A stretch of 64,000 bases of DNA from Desulfobacterales bacterium. GTDB lineage: Bacteria > Desulfobacterota > Desulfobacteria > Desulfobacterales > JAABRJ01. Made by a program: the position numbers and the translations under genes. The notes under the pieces are model-generated. The model did no database searches, had not been told where the DNA came from, and saw only the letters and a program-made list of their open reading frames with translations. The DNA is taken from the NCBI GenBank assembly GCA_046481705.1, contig JAWOJK010000038.1:15353-79352 (forward strand), in the 5' to 3' direction. Shown here piece after piece: positions 1 through 9,613 of the stretch (positions within the stretch are counted from its first letter, which is position 1; each line of letters starts with the position of its first letter).

Positions 1-285
1 CCCGACCGCGGGGCCCTTCTGGCCGAATTCCGTCACCAGCCGGTGGTATTCGTCCACCTGGCCCGGTGGCGCTGCCGCCCGTATCAGGCGGCAGTACCCC
101 AATCCAATGGTCCGGCCGAGGGCGGTTTCATGGCTCAGACCCCAGATGACGTCGGCCAGCAGCCATTCGGCGGTCGCAGCGGCGATTGGGCCCGGGAAGC
201 CTGCCAAAGCGCCGGCCAGCTGGCGGGCGGTCTCGGGGTCGGCCAGGGCCAAGCGGCGGCAGAGGGCATCCGGGGTGGTGCTCAT
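1..285 (-). CDS. hypothetical protein, N-terminal 95 codons only (runs off window start); possibly the NorD/CbbO-type partner of the upstream AAA ATPase
   Basis: Frame is open from ATG (complement of 283-285) to position 1. It lies 25 nt downstream of the NorQ-like gene on the same strand. The product guess rests on synteny only. Confidence 0.4.
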   Translation of the reverse strand, partial: MSTTPDALCRRLALADPETARQLAGALAGFPGPIAAATAEWLLADVIWGLSHETALGRTIGLGYCRLIRAAAPPGQVDEYHRLVTEFGQKGPAVG

Positions 286-310
286 GGCTGGGGGTGCCGC
301 CTGGCGGACA

Positions 311-1126
311 TCAGAAAATATCCTCGATGAGGTCGTTGAGGGTTTCCTGCAGACCGTCATCGTCGGTGAGCGGCAGGCAGATGGCGCTGCGGCAGGCCTG
401 CTGCACGGAAACCCCCCGGCGCATCAGCTGCGCCGCGTAGATCAGCAGCCGCGTGCTGGCGCCTTCGGTCAAGCCCTGCTCGCGGATGTTGCGGATCTTG
501 GCGGCCAGGGCGACCAGCTTGAAGGCCGTCGCGAGGTCGATGGCGCCTTCGCGCGCCACGATCTCGGCCTCCTTGGCGGCTGCGGGGTAGTCGAAATCAA
601 GCGCCACGAACCGCTGGCGCGTGCTCTGCTTGAGGTCCTTGAGCACCGACTGGTAACCGGGGTTGTATGAGAGCACCAGCAGAAAGTCGGGATGCGCCCG
701 CAGGATCTCGCCCTTCTTGTCGATCGCCAGGGTCCGGCGGTTGTCGCTCAGCGGGTGAATGACGACGGTGGTGTCCTTGCGGGCCTCGACGATTTCGTCC
801 AGGTAGCAGATCGCCCCGATGCGCACGGCCAGGGTCAGGGGGCCGTCGACCCAGACCGTTTCGTCGTTTTTGAGCAGGTAGCGGCCGATCAGGTCCGAGG
901 CAAACAAATCCTCGTGGCAGGCCACGGTGATCAGCGGCCGCGCCAGCCGATAGGCCATGAACTCCACGAAGCGGGTCTTGCCGCAGCCGGTGGGCCCCTT
1001 CAGGATCACGGGCAGGCGCGCGTCATAGGCCGCCTCGAACAACGGGATCTCGTTGCCGGCGGGAAGATAGTACGGTTCGGTCTGAATCCGAAACTGGGCC
1101 GCCGTCGTTTGGGGGGGCGCTGTCAT
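311..1126 (-). CDS. CbbQ/NirQ/NorQ-type (MoxR-class) AAA+ ATPase
   Basis: Walker [11 protein letters not shown] and Walker [11 protein letters not shown], with a family-typical [10 protein letters not shown] segment. Start moved to M48 (MTAPPQ) of the 318-aa ORF. Confidence 0.8.
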   Translation of the reverse strand: MTAPPQTTAAQFRIQTEPYYLPAGNEIPLFEAAYDARLPVILKGPTGCGKTRFVEFMAYRLARPLITVACHEDLFASDLIGRYLLKNDETVWVDGPLTLAVRIGAICYLDEIVEARKDTTVVIHPLSDNRRTLAIDKKGEILRAHPDFLLVLSYNPGYQSVLKDLKQSTRQRFVALDFDYPAAAKEAEIVAREGAIDLATAFKLVALAAKIRNIREQGLTEGASTRLLIYAAQLMRRGVSVQQACRSAICLPLTDDDGLQETLNDLIEDIF

Positions 1127-1330
1127 GGCCGCAAACCTCCGCTGGGGGAAACAGGATCGCCGCCCGGCCCGCAGGCCGGCAGCGGCGCAAAGAGTTTTTA
1201 TCGCAACGCCCCCCGGGGAAGTCAAGGGGTTTCCGCCTCCTGAAACCCTGATGGGAACAGCGCACACAGATAACAGCTCACCATCTGCCGCCGAGTGGTG
1301 CCCCCAGCGCCCGGAACGCCATAAGAAAGG

Positions 1331-1360
1331 GGGGTTACAGACGTGCCTCTCTGTAACCCC
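1331..1360 (-). terminator. hairpin downstream of tRNA-Val (GGGGTTACAG-N10-CTGTAACCCC)
   Basis: Perfect 10-bp inverted repeat 13 nt after the tRNA 3' end, followed on the minus strand by a T-containing tract. Confidence 0.5.
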
Positions 1361-1372
1361 CCTTGATTTTTA

Positions 1373-1447
1373 TGGTAGGCACGATTGGATTTGAACCAAC
1401 GACTTCTACCGTGTCAGGGTAGCGCTCTCCCACTGAGCTACGTGCCT
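1373..1447 (-). tRNA. tRNA-Val (anticodon GAC)
   Basis: Hand-folded cloverleaf with acceptor AGGCACG/CGTGCCT, anticodon arm CTACC-CTGACAC-GGTAG and a GTTCAAATC T-loop. The 3' CCA is encoded. Confidence 0.9.
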
Positions 1448-1460
1448 ATAGATGGCGAAA

Positions 1461-1489
1461 CTTCTACCATCGCGGGGTACGGCTGTCAA
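1461..1489 (-). promoter_or_regulatory. putative sigma70 promoter of tRNA-Val (TTGACA-N17-TAGAAG)
   Basis: Consensus -35 with 17-nt spacer; the -10 ends 13 nt before the tRNA 5' end. The tRNA-Ser and tRNA-Gly genes have the same layout. Confidence 0.45.
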
Positions 1490-1515
1490 GCAAAATGAAG
1501 CCGCCGCGGCCCCGC

Positions 1516-2085
1516 TCAATCCCCACTGGCGTGCAGAAATTTGAGGCCGATGTAGGTGTAGTGCAGGCCGGAGGCGACGGTCAGGGCGGCGGTCACCCAG
1601 AAAAGGGTCAGGTCAAGAGGTCCGAACCCGTTTTGAACCGGGCTCAGCAGCACGACGAAAACGGTCAGCAGCTGGGAAAACGTGGTCAGCTTGCTGACGA
1701 TGCTGGGTTTGATTTCCACCGCGACATCGAAAATTTTCAGACTGACCATGCCGATCAGGATGACGATGTCGCGGCTGATGACCAGGACCGTCAGCCACTC
1801 GGGAATGACTTGCAAGATCGCGAGACAGATGAAGGCCGACATCAGCAGCAGTTTGTCGGCGACCGGGTCCAGGTAGGCCCCCAGAACGGTCCGCTGGTTG
1901 AAATAGCGGGCGATAAAACCGTCCAAACCGTCGCTGATTCCCGCGAAGGAAAAGACCAGCAGGGCAGGGATAAACATCTCCCGCAGCAAGAAGATGACAA
2001 ACAGCGGGGTCAGCAGGATCCGGATCACCGTCAGGGTGTTCGGAATGTTGATCGCCAGACGCGTCGTTTTGGGTGATTCCTTCAT
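1516..2085 (-). CDS. pgsA: CDP-alcohol phosphatidyltransferase (phosphatidylglycerophosphate synthase-like)
   Basis: DGxxARx8Gx3Dx3D motif (SDGLDGFIARYFNQRTVLGAYLDPVADK) in a multi-TM protein of 189 aa. Confidence 0.8.
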   Translation of the reverse strand: MKESPKTTRLAINIPNTLTVIRILLTPLFVIFLLREMFIPALLVFSFAGISDGLDGFIARYFNQRTVLGAYLDPVADKLLLMSAFICLAILQVIPEWLTVLVISRDIVILIGMVSLKIFDVAVEIKPSIVSKLTTFSQLLTVFVVLLSPVQNGFGPLDLTLFWVTAALTVASGLHYTYIGLKFLHASGD

Positions 2086-2125
2086 GGTTTCAGGGGTCTT
2101 GCCCTCCTCTGGACCCGGCCAGCGC

Positions 2126-2821
2126 CTATTGCGGAATCAGCTCGACCTGCATCCGAGTTGCGGACACATCGTAGATACGGACGCCGAAAGCCTCGAAGGT
2201 GTTGAGCATCAGGGTGTCGGCCAGCCCGCGCGCGTCCCCCTGGTAGCTTACCATCAGCGTGGTGCGATCGGCGGTCATCTCCTGGGTGGACCCCGCCTCC
2301 ACACCCGCCAGGCCGCTCAGCACCTGTCGGAACTGAATGAAATTTTTGAGGTTGCGCGTCCCCCCGACCACCACTTCAATGACCTCCGGGCCATCGGCCG
2401 CTGGCAGGCGGTCCTGCTGCAGCCCCACCCCCGAAAGCTGGTCTTTGAGGGCCGCCAAGGCCACCTTGGCCTCCACCAGTACCCGGTAGTGACCGCCGGC
2501 CTTGGTTTCGGTGAGCACCCGGTAGCTTTGGATATAGCGATCGGTGTTTTCAAAAACGGCGGCATTTAGGGTTTCAAATGCCGCCACCAGGCCCTCGCGC
2601 GGCAGCATCTCCGCGGCGGCGCGGGCGGCGGCGCTCACCAGCGCCCCGGCAAGGGCCTCCTGGCGGGCGGTTTCAACCCCTGATCCGCGGATCGCGGCGG
2701 AGCCGATGACAGTGTAGGTGCCGTCGGGCTGCCCGGCGTCGACAGCGGCGGCCGCAACCGACACCCCCAGCACCAGCCCCCAGATTGCGCAGATGCGCAG
2801 TGGCCAAAAAATCCGCAGCAT
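2126..2821 (-). CDS. hypothetical secreted protein
   Basis: N-terminal signal-like segment MLRIFWPLRICAIWGLVLGVSVAAAAV, with AGGAGG immediately upstream of this ATG. No family recognised. Confidence 0.6.
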   Translation of the reverse strand: MLRIFWPLRICAIWGLVLGVSVAAAAVDAGQPDGTYTVIGSAAIRGSGVETARQEALAGALVSAAARAAAEMLPREGLVAAFETLNAAVFENTDRYIQSYRVLTETKAGGHYRVLVEAKVALAALKDQLSGVGLQQDRLPAADGPEVIEVVVGGTRNLKNFIQFRQVLSGLAGVEAGSTQEMTADRTTLMVSYQGDARGLADTLMLNTFEAFGVRIYDVSATRMQVELIPQ

Positions 2822-2894
2822 ACCCCTCCTTCGTTGCCCGTGCAAACTGCACCGCGGCAGTCGCCGGGACGGTCGTGAGGCCGTGTTTTACCGA

Positions 2895-3875
2895 TCAGGC
2901 CCGGCGCTGCAAAGCATAATCCGCGATGTGGCGCAGCACCTCCCGCGATTCCCCGGCCGGGAAGATCGTCAGGGCCGCCTTGGCCTGCCGGACGTGGTCT
3001 TCGGCCATCTGGCGGGTAGCGGTCAACCCGCCGTAGTGCTCCAGAAGCCGCAGCAGTTTTTCAAACTCCTCGGCGCAAACCTCGCGGCTGGTGATCAGGG
3101 CCGCCATCCAGGCCCTGTCGGCGGCATCGGCCCTGGCCAGGGCGTGGATAACCGGCAGGGTCAGCTTGCCCTCCTTGAGGTCCGCCCCGATCGCTTTTCC
3201 CAGCACGCCGGCATCGGCGGTGTAATCCAGCAGGTCATCGGCCATCTGGAAAGCCATGCCGATGTGGTGGCCGTAGTCGGCCAGGGCGTTTTCGCGGGCT
3301 TCCGGCGCGCCGGCGATCATGGCCCCCACCCGGCAGGCGCCCTGGATCAAAACGGCGGTCTTGCGCCGGATCACCTCCAGGTATTCCTCCCGGGAAAGGT
3401 CCAGCTGCCCCTTGCGCATCAGCTGGTGAATCTCGCCCTGGGACATGTTTTCGGTGATGTTGGCGAACACCCCGATAACGGCCGGCGAGCCGCTTTCAGC
3501 GGCGATCGAGAGCGAGCGGGCCAGCAGAAAATCGCCCACCAGCACGGCGGTCGGGTTGCCGTAGAGGGCGTGGGCCACCGGCCGGCCGCGGCGGATGGTG
3601 GCCCCGTCGACCAGATCGTCGTGCAGCAGGGTGGCGGCATGCAGGTACTCGAAAATCGTGGCGTACTTCTTGTCGTGGGGACCCGCGTATCCGCAGATGC
3701 GGGCGGCCAAGACCATCAGCAGCGGCCGCAGGCGCTTGCCGCCAGCAAACAGGATGTGGTCGGCGACCTCCGCCACCAGGTCGAGATAGGGGCTCAGGTT
3801 CTCGGCCAGGGCTACTTCGATGGCGCCCAGGTCGTCTGCCACGCGCGCCAGGATCAGCTGCTTGAGGTCGGGCAT
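2895..3875 (-). CDS. trans-polyprenyl diphosphate synthase (IspB-like; chain length not determinable)
   Basis: Both Asp-rich motifs are present: LLHDDLVDG...RRGRP and FQMADDLLDY. Confidence 0.85.
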   Translation of the reverse strand: MPDLKQLILARVADDLGAIEVALAENLSPYLDLVAEVADHILFAGGKRLRPLLMVLAARICGYAGPHDKKYATIFEYLHAATLLHDDLVDGATIRRGRPVAHALYGNPTAVLVGDFLLARSLSIAAESGSPAVIGVFANITENMSQGEIHQLMRKGQLDLSREEYLEVIRRKTAVLIQGACRVGAMIAGAPEARENALADYGHHIGMAFQMADDLLDYTADAGVLGKAIGADLKEGKLTLPVIHALARADAADRAWMAALITSREVCAEEFEKLLRLLEHYGGLTATRQMAEDHVRQAKAALTIFPAGESREVLRHIADYALQRRA

Positions 3876-5188
3876 ACGGCGTCCCCCACGAGATCGTAAT
3901 CCAAGCTGTCGGTGATGGCGACCGGGACCACCTGCCCGATTTCCAGGGCGCTGGCGTTTACATAGGTGATGCCGTCGACCTCGGGGGCCTGGAAAACGGT
4001 CCGCCCGATGTAAACCCCCGCCCCTGAAGCCTCCTCCACCAGGACGTCATAAACCCGGCCCCGATGCGCCTGCAGGCGACGACTCGAGATGTCGCGCTGA
4101 AGGCGCATCAACCGGTCGCGGCGCCCCTTGGCGACGGCCGACGGCACCGGGTCGGACAACCCGTGGGAGGGCAGGTCTTCGGCGTCCGAATAGGTAAAGA
4201 CCCCGAGATGATCAAATTCGACCGTTTCGACAAACCCCAGCAGCCGGTTGAAATCATCATCGCTTTCCCCCGGAAAGCCGACGATCACGGTGGTGCGCAG
4301 GGCGGCCCATGGAAGCCTGGCGCGAATGGATGCAAACAGCGCCAGCAGATCCGCTTGCCCGCAGCCCCGCCCCATCCGCTTGAGGATGCGGTCGCTGGCG
4401 TGCTGAACGGGCAGGTCGAAATAGGGGCAGATGTTGGGCCGCTCGGCAACGGTGCGGATGACGGCATCATCGATGCTCTCGGGATGACCGTAGAGAAACC
4501 GGATCCAGACGGCCGCGGAAAGCTCCGCCAGGTCGGCCAGAAGCCGGGCCAGCCCGGGTGCGCCGGCCAGATCGCGGCCGTAGGCGGTGGTGTCCTGGGC
4601 CACCAGCACCAGTTCGCGGGCACCGGCGGCAATCAACGCCCGGGCCTCGGCGCGAAGGGTCACCAGGGGCCGGCTTTTCTGACGGCCGCGCAGCCTCGGA
4701 ATGATGCAGTAGCTGCAGTGCCGGCTGCAGCCCTCGGCAATCTTGAGATAGGCCCAGTGGGGCGCAGCCTGGACGCGGGGTTCAGCGCCCGATGCGGGCG
4801 GAATCAGATCGGGGTCGGGCAGCAGACAGCCCTGGGCGGGAACGACCCCCCGGGCGGCTTCGACGATTCGATCGAAGGCCCCGGTCCCCAGAAAAACGTC
4901 CACTTCCGGCAGCGCCGCTGAAATCGCCTCGCGGTAGCGTTCGGGCAGGCAGCCGGTCACAATCAGGCGCCGACAAGCGCCACTTTGCTTGAAGCGTGCC
5001 AGCTCCAGGATCGTGTCGATGGACTCATCGGCCGCCGCGCGGATGAAGCTGCAGGTGTTGACGACGATGATCTCGGCCTCGGCCGGTTCCCGGGTGAGGT
5101 CGAAGCCGGCCTGGGCGAGGCGCCCCAGCATCACCTCGCTGTCGACCAGGTTGCGGGCGCAGCCCAGGCTTTCAAGAAAAAGTTTCAT
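3854..5188 (-). CDS. rimO: ribosomal protein S12 methylthiotransferase (radical SAM, MiaB family)
   Basis: N-terminal MKLFLESLGCARN, radical-SAM CSRHCSYCIIP and a C-terminal TRAM-like domain. Start set at M35 because a terminator hairpin lies within the longer ORF extension. Confidence 0.8.
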   Translation of the reverse strand: MKLFLESLGCARNLVDSEVMLGRLAQAGFDLTREPAEAEIIVVNTCSFIRAAADESIDTILELARFKQSGACRRLIVTGCLPERYREAISAALPEVDVFLGTGAFDRIVEAARGVVPAQGCLLPDPDLIPPASGAEPRVQAAPHWAYLKIAEGCSRHCSYCIIPRLRGRQKSRPLVTLRAEARALIAAGARELVLVAQDTTAYGRDLAGAPGLARLLADLAELSAAVWIRFLYGHPESIDDAVIRTVAERPNICPYFDLPVQHASDRILKRMGRGCGQADLLALFASIRARLPWAALRTTVIVGFPGESDDDFNRLLGFVETVEFDHLGVFTYSDAEDLPSHGLSDPVPSAVAKGRRDRLMRLQRDISSRRLQAHRGRVYDVLVEEASGAGVYIGRTVFQAPEVDGITYVNASALEIGQVVPVAITDSLDYDLVGDAVCPTSSS

Positions 5189-5284
5189 GCGGTCGCTATC
5201 GTCCGGTGGGGGTCGAATGCCGCCAGAAGGCGGCGCAGCTCTGCAGCGGCACGTGTCGGTTTCACTATCAGGCCGGCAGTTAAA

Positions 5285-5320
5285 AGTCAAAAGGCCGCCG
5301 GCTGCCCCCGGTGGCCTTTT
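5285..5320 (-). terminator. intrinsic terminator after etfA
   Basis: Minus-strand stem AAAAGGCCACCGG / CCGGCGGCCTTTT (one G-U pair) followed by TTTTGACTTTT. Confidence 0.6.
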
Positions 5321-5394
5321 GCGAAAGCGTCTGAGCTGGGACTTTTGACCGACCCACCACGATCAGCCTGACGAAAAACCGGTGAACCGGGGTT

Positions 5395-6360
5395 TCAGTC
5401 TTTCAGCTTTCGAATTTCAGCGGTTATCAGCGGCACCAGTTCGAAAAGATCGCCGGCAATCCCGTAGTCGGCCTTTGCAAAAAAGGGGGCTTCGGGATCC
5501 TTGTTGACGGCCACGATCACCTTGGCGGAGGACATCCCGGCCAGATGTTGAATCGCGCCGGAAATCCCGCAGGCCACGTACAGGTTGGGGGAGACCACCT
5601 TGCCGGTCTGGCCCACCTGGTCGGAAGCCGGCCGCCAGCCTTCGTCGACGGCGGAGCGCGACGCGCCCACGGCCCCGCCCAGCACTTCGGCCAGCTCCTC
5701 TATCACGCTGAAGTCGCTGCCACCCATGCCCCGGCCGCCCGATACGATCACGTCGGCCTCGGTGAGTTCGACCTTGCCGCTGTCCAGGGTCTTCTCGACA
5801 AAGACCGTGCGGGTCTGGCCCGGCTCGGCCGCGACCTTTGCGATGGTTCCGGCCTTTTCAAGGGGCGTGATGGGCATGGCATTGGGGCGGATCGCCACCA
5901 GCTTGAGGGGCCCTTCGAGCCTCACTTCCGCCAGCAGCTTGCCGCCGTACATCGGCCGGGTGACCAGCAGGGCCTCGCCCTCGGCCCGGAGCGCCAGACA
6001 GTCTACGACCAGCGGGGCATTCAAGCGGGCCGACAAGCGCGCCGCGAGATCCCGCCCCTGGGTGGTGGCCCCGAAAACCACCACGGCCGGTTTTTCGGCT
6101 TCGATGACCGCCGCCAGCACATTGCAGTAGGCCTCGTTCAGATATTCGGCCAGCGCCGGGTGATCGGCGACATGGATGCGGTCTGCGCCGTAGCGGCCCA
6201 GGTCTGCGGCGGCCGCCTGAACCCCGTGTCCGAGAACGGCCGCCGCCAACTCGCCGCCGAGGCTGTCGGCAATTCGACGGCCCTCGCTGAGGGCCTCGAA
6301 GGTCACCTTACGGAAAACACCGTCGTTTTGTTCGGCTACGGCCAATACTGCCTGTGACAT
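5395..6360 (-). CDS. etfA: electron transfer flavoprotein alpha subunit
   Basis: EtfA-type C-terminal FAD domain (VVSGGRG...VGASR...GQTGKVV.P.LY.A.GISGAIQH). Start set at MSQAVLAV. Confidence 0.85.
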   Translation of the reverse strand: MSQAVLAVAEQNDGVFRKVTFEALSEGRRIADSLGGELAAAVLGHGVQAAAADLGRYGADRIHVADHPALAEYLNEAYCNVLAAVIEAEKPAVVVFGATTQGRDLAARLSARLNAPLVVDCLALRAEGEALLVTRPMYGGKLLAEVRLEGPLKLVAIRPNAMPITPLEKAGTIAKVAAEPGQTRTVFVEKTLDSGKVELTEADVIVSGGRGMGGSDFSVIEELAEVLGGAVGASRSAVDEGWRPASDQVGQTGKVVSPNLYVACGISGAIQHLAGMSSAKVIVAVNKDPEAPFFAKADYGIAGDLFELVPLITAEIRKLKD

Positions 6361-6452
6361 ATCCTTCTCCTTGCACCCCCAGGCGACCCGCACGAGCAGC
6401 GGGGGGTTCGATCTTGAATGTTCGGAACCGCTGCTGGCCGGGCGGCGGCGTG

Positions 6453-7235
6453 TCAGATGACCTTGGCCTCTTCGTGCAGCAAACGGACCAGTTCGGCAGC
6501 CTTGGCCTGGGCGGAGTCGCCCGCGATCATCCGGCCCCCGGAGCGTTCGGGCGGCAGCCGGAAGGCGACGATCCGCCGGCCGCAGTTGGCCACCGCGGCA
6601 GGCGCCAAGCCGATGTCGGCCAGGGTTTTGGTTTCAAGCGGTTTGCGTTTGGCCTTCATGATGCCGGGCAGCGAGGCGTAACGGGGCTCGTTTAACCCGC
6701 GCTGGGTGGTGAAAAGCGCCGGCAGGGGGGCTTCCACCACCTGCGTGCCGCCTTCCACGGTCCGCTGGCAGCGGATGCGGCCCTCCTGCAACTCCTGCTG
6801 GACGACCATCGAGAGGTGGGGGATGTCCAGGAATTCGGCCACGGCGGGCCCCACCAGAAAATTGTCGTCGTCAACGGCGCGCTGCCCGGCGATGATCAGG
6901 TCGAACGCGGCTTGCTTCAGGGCGGCGGCCAGAACCCGGGCGACACCGAGCCCGTCGAGTCCTTGGGCGGCCGGATCGTTGATCAGAACCCCCTTGTCAG
7001 CACCCATGGCCAGCGCGGTGCGGATGGCTTCGGTGGTTTTTTCGGCGCCCACCGAGACCACCGTGACCGTCCCGCCATGGGCTTCCCGGATGCGCAGGGC
7101 CTCCTCGACGGCAAATTCATCGTAGGGGTTTATGACCCACTTGAGGTTTTGGGTTTTGACGGACACCCCGTCGTCGGCGATTTCGATAAACGCTTCGGTG
7201 GCCGGAACCTGCTTCAACAGGACAACAATCTCCAC
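6453..7235 (-). CDS. etfB: electron transfer flavoprotein beta subunit
   Basis: MEIVVLLKQVP...NPYDEFAVEEALR is a typical EtfB N-terminus. The gene sits directly upstream of etfA. Confidence 0.85.
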   Translation of the reverse strand: MEIVVLLKQVPATEAFIEIADDGVSVKTQNLKWVINPYDEFAVEEALRIREAHGGTVTVVSVGAEKTTEAIRTALAMGADKGVLINDPAAQGLDGLGVARVLAAALKQAAFDLIIAGQRAVDDDNFLVGPAVAEFLDIPHLSMVVQQELQEGRIRCQRTVEGGTQVVEAPLPALFTTQRGLNEPRYASLPGIMKAKRKPLETKTLADIGLAPAAVANCGRRIVAFRLPPERSGGRMIAGDSAQAKAAELVRLLHEEAKVI

Positions 7236-7368
7236 GGCGAAAGCCCTTTCTTTGACCCCTTGGGCAACCCGACAAGCGCACAGCGATGTCTAGCCCGGCG
7301 CCAGTCAATTCACACTATAAACATCGTAACTTACCAGATTGTATAATATAAAATTTTCTAACTGAGTA

Positions 7369-7397
7369 AAACTACAAGAGGTGTCACGAGTTGTCAA
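7369..7397 (-). promoter_or_regulatory. putative sigma70 promoter for etfBA (TTGACA-N17-TAGTTT)
   Basis: Lies in the AT-rich 190-nt gap between apbE and etfB. The sequence match is the only evidence. Confidence 0.35.
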
Positions 7398-7429
7398 CAG
7401 ATTTATCGGTCGGCGCTGGCACCCGCCAC

Positions 7430-8467
7430 TCAGTCGGCGCTCCTGAAACCTGCTGAAACAAATTCGGTCAAGCGGCCGTCTTTTTCGCGCACCACGATCA
7501 GGCATTCCGTGGCCTCCAGGCGGTTGACCAGGGCAACCCCCGGGCCGGGCCCCATCACCATCAGGGCCGTGGCCAGCCCGTCGGCAAAAGTGCAGGTGTC
7601 GGAGACCACCGAGGCGCTGACCACCCCGTTGGCCACCGGGTAGCCCGTCTGGGGGTCGATCACATGGGCGTAGTGCACCCCGTCGACTTCAAAAAAATTA
7701 CGGTAGTCGCCGCTGGTGGCCAGGGCGTTCTCGTGGAGGGCGACCACTTTGTAGACCGCATCCGGGGGGCTCTCGGGGTCCGGCCGGTTGATCCCCACCC
7801 GCCAGGGGTTGCCGTCCTGGCGGAAGCCGGCGGCAAAAACCTCGCCGCCGATTTCAACCAGAAAATCGGTGAAGCCGTTTTTGCGGATCAATTCCGCGAT
7901 CTGGTCCACCCCGTAGCCCTTGGCGATCGAACCCAGATCCAGGGTGACGGCCGGGTTTTGCTTTACGAGATAGCCGTCCTCGGAGAGGATGATCTGATCA
8001 AAGCCCAGGGCCGATCGGCACTGCTGGATCTCCGCCGCCGTGGGCATTCTTTTTTCATTGGTCTGGCTGCCGAAGCCCCACAGGTTCACCAGCGGCGCGA
8101 CGGTGCCGTCCCAGGCCCCGCCCGTCAGGCGGTGGAGGTCTTCGGCGACCACCATCACCTGCAGGAAATCCCGTGAAATCGGGAACGGCGCTGCGCTGCG
8201 CGCCAGGGCGTTGAAGCGGCTGATCTCGCTGTCGGCCCGATAGATGGACATGCTCGCGTTGATCTGCTCCAGGCGGGCGTCGATCTCCTCGGCCAGCCCA
8301 TGCGCGCGATCGAAAAACCCGCTGATCACCGTGATGTGGTAGGTGGTCCCCATGGTCTTGCCGGAAAAAAGGACCTCGTGACGGGTGTCGCACCCGCCAA
8401 AGGTCAAAAGCGCCAGGGCCGCCAGGGCCGCACAGTTCCTGCGGTGGATTTTCAGCATAGGGGTCAC
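7430..8467 (-). CDS. apbE: FAD:protein FMN transferase (ApbE family lipoprotein)
   Basis: Lipobox LTFGGC, plus ApbE signatures KTMGTTYHITV, DLGSIAKGYGVD and TSGDYRNFF. Confidence 0.85.
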   Translation of the reverse strand: MTPMLKIHRRNCAALAALALLTFGGCDTRHEVLFSGKTMGTTYHITVISGFFDRAHGLAEEIDARLEQINASMSIYRADSEISRFNALARSAAPFPISRDFLQVMVVAEDLHRLTGGAWDGTVAPLVNLWGFGSQTNEKRMPTAAEIQQCRSALGFDQIILSEDGYLVKQNPAVTLDLGSIAKGYGVDQIAELIRKNGFTDFLVEIGGEVFAAGFRQDGNPWRVGINRPDPESPPDAVYKVVALHENALATSGDYRNFFEVDGVHYAHVIDPQTGYPVANGVVSASVVSDTCTFADGLATALMVMGPGPGVALVNRLEATECLIVVREKDGRLTEFVSAGFRSAD

Positions 8468-8538
8468 ATTACACCATCTGGCCCCGCTGCCGCCGGCTGG
8501 AGACCCTCCGGGCGGCCGGGCCTTTTCCTCCGGAGGGG

Positions 8539-9549
8539 TCAGCAGATCCGGGGCAGCTGCTCGCCGGTCAGCATCCCCACGATTCGGCTGCCGCCGATCC
8601 GGGTTTCAAGCACCACGCGGCCGGGATGATCGGCGGTGACCTCGCCGATGATCCGCGCCTCGCGTCCGTAGGGGTCCCGCCGAACCGCGGCCAGAACCGC
8701 CTCGGCCTTGGCCGGCGCCACAAAGGCCAGCAGCTTGCCCTCGTTGGCGATGTAAAGCGGGTCAAAGCCCAGCAGCTCGCAGACCCCATCGACCTCGGGC
8801 CTCACCGGAATCCGGTCTTCATGGATTCGGATGCCGACCGCGGATTTTTCGGCGATCTCGTTGAGGGCCGTTCCCACCCCGCCGCGGGTGGGGTCGCGCA
8901 GCACGTGAAGGTCGGTCTCAACGGCCAGCATGCCGGCCACCATCGCGTTCAGGGGCGCGGTATCGCTCTCGATGGCGGCTTGGAAGGCCAGCCCCTCGCG
9001 TTGCGTCAGAATCGTAATGCCGTGATCCGCGATGGTCCCGCTCAGGATGATGCGGTCGCCGGGGCGCGCCCGGCTGCTGCAGATCTCCACGCCTGCGGGC
9101 ACGGCACCGACTCCCGAGGTGTTGATAAAAATACGGTCCGCCGCACCCCGCGGGACCACCTTGGTGTCCCCGGTGACCACCCGCACCCCGGCGGCGTGCG
9201 CGGCGCGGCCCATCGCGCGCACAATGGTTTCCAGATCCGCCATCGGCAGACCCTCTTCCAGGATCAGGCCGACACTGAGAAAAAGCGGCACTGCGCCGCA
9301 CATGGCCAGATCGTTGACCGTTCCGTTGACGGCCAGGTCGCCGATGCAGCCGCCGGGAAAAAACGGCGGGTCCACCACGTAGGTATCGGTGGAAAACGCC
9401 AGGCGCCCTTCCGGCAGGTGGAAAACCGCGCCGTCGTTGAGGGCGCCCAGCATCGGGTTGTCGAATACCGGCAGCAGCAGATCAGTGGTCAAGCGGTGGG
9501 CCGCCTTGCCGCCGCTGCCATGGTCCAGCAGTATCGTGTCGGGTTTCAT
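8539..9549 (-). CDS. hypE: hydrogenase maturation protein HypE
   Basis: MKPDTILLDHGSGG N-terminus and C-terminal ...PRIC. The 336-aa length follows from trimming the ORF to the internal ATG. Confidence 0.9.
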   Translation of the reverse strand: MKPDTILLDHGSGGKAAHRLTTDLLLPVFDNPMLGALNDGAVFHLPEGRLAFSTDTYVVDPPFFPGGCIGDLAVNGTVNDLAMCGAVPLFLSVGLILEEGLPMADLETIVRAMGRAAHAAGVRVVTGDTKVVPRGAADRIFINTSGVGAVPAGVEICSSRARPGDRIILSGTIADHGITILTQREGLAFQAAIESDTAPLNAMVAGMLAVETDLHVLRDPTRGGVGTALNEIAEKSAVGIRIHEDRIPVRPEVDGVCELLGFDPLYIANEGKLLAFVAPAKAEAVLAAVRRDPYGREARIIGEVTADHPGRVVLETRIGGSRIVGMLTGEQLPRIC

Positions 9550-9613
9550 CCCTCTCCTCGCGCGACTGCAGAGCGGCCGGCGCCCTCGGCGGTTTCCGGC
9601 ATCCAGCGGCGCT

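Noticed and set aside
7330-7350. Plus-strand TATAAT box (GTATAATAT) in the apbE-etfB spacer
   Set aside because: There is no plus-strand gene downstream and no convincing -35. The minus-strand TTGACA-N17-TAGTTT serving etfBA is the more sensible reading of this AT-rich patch.
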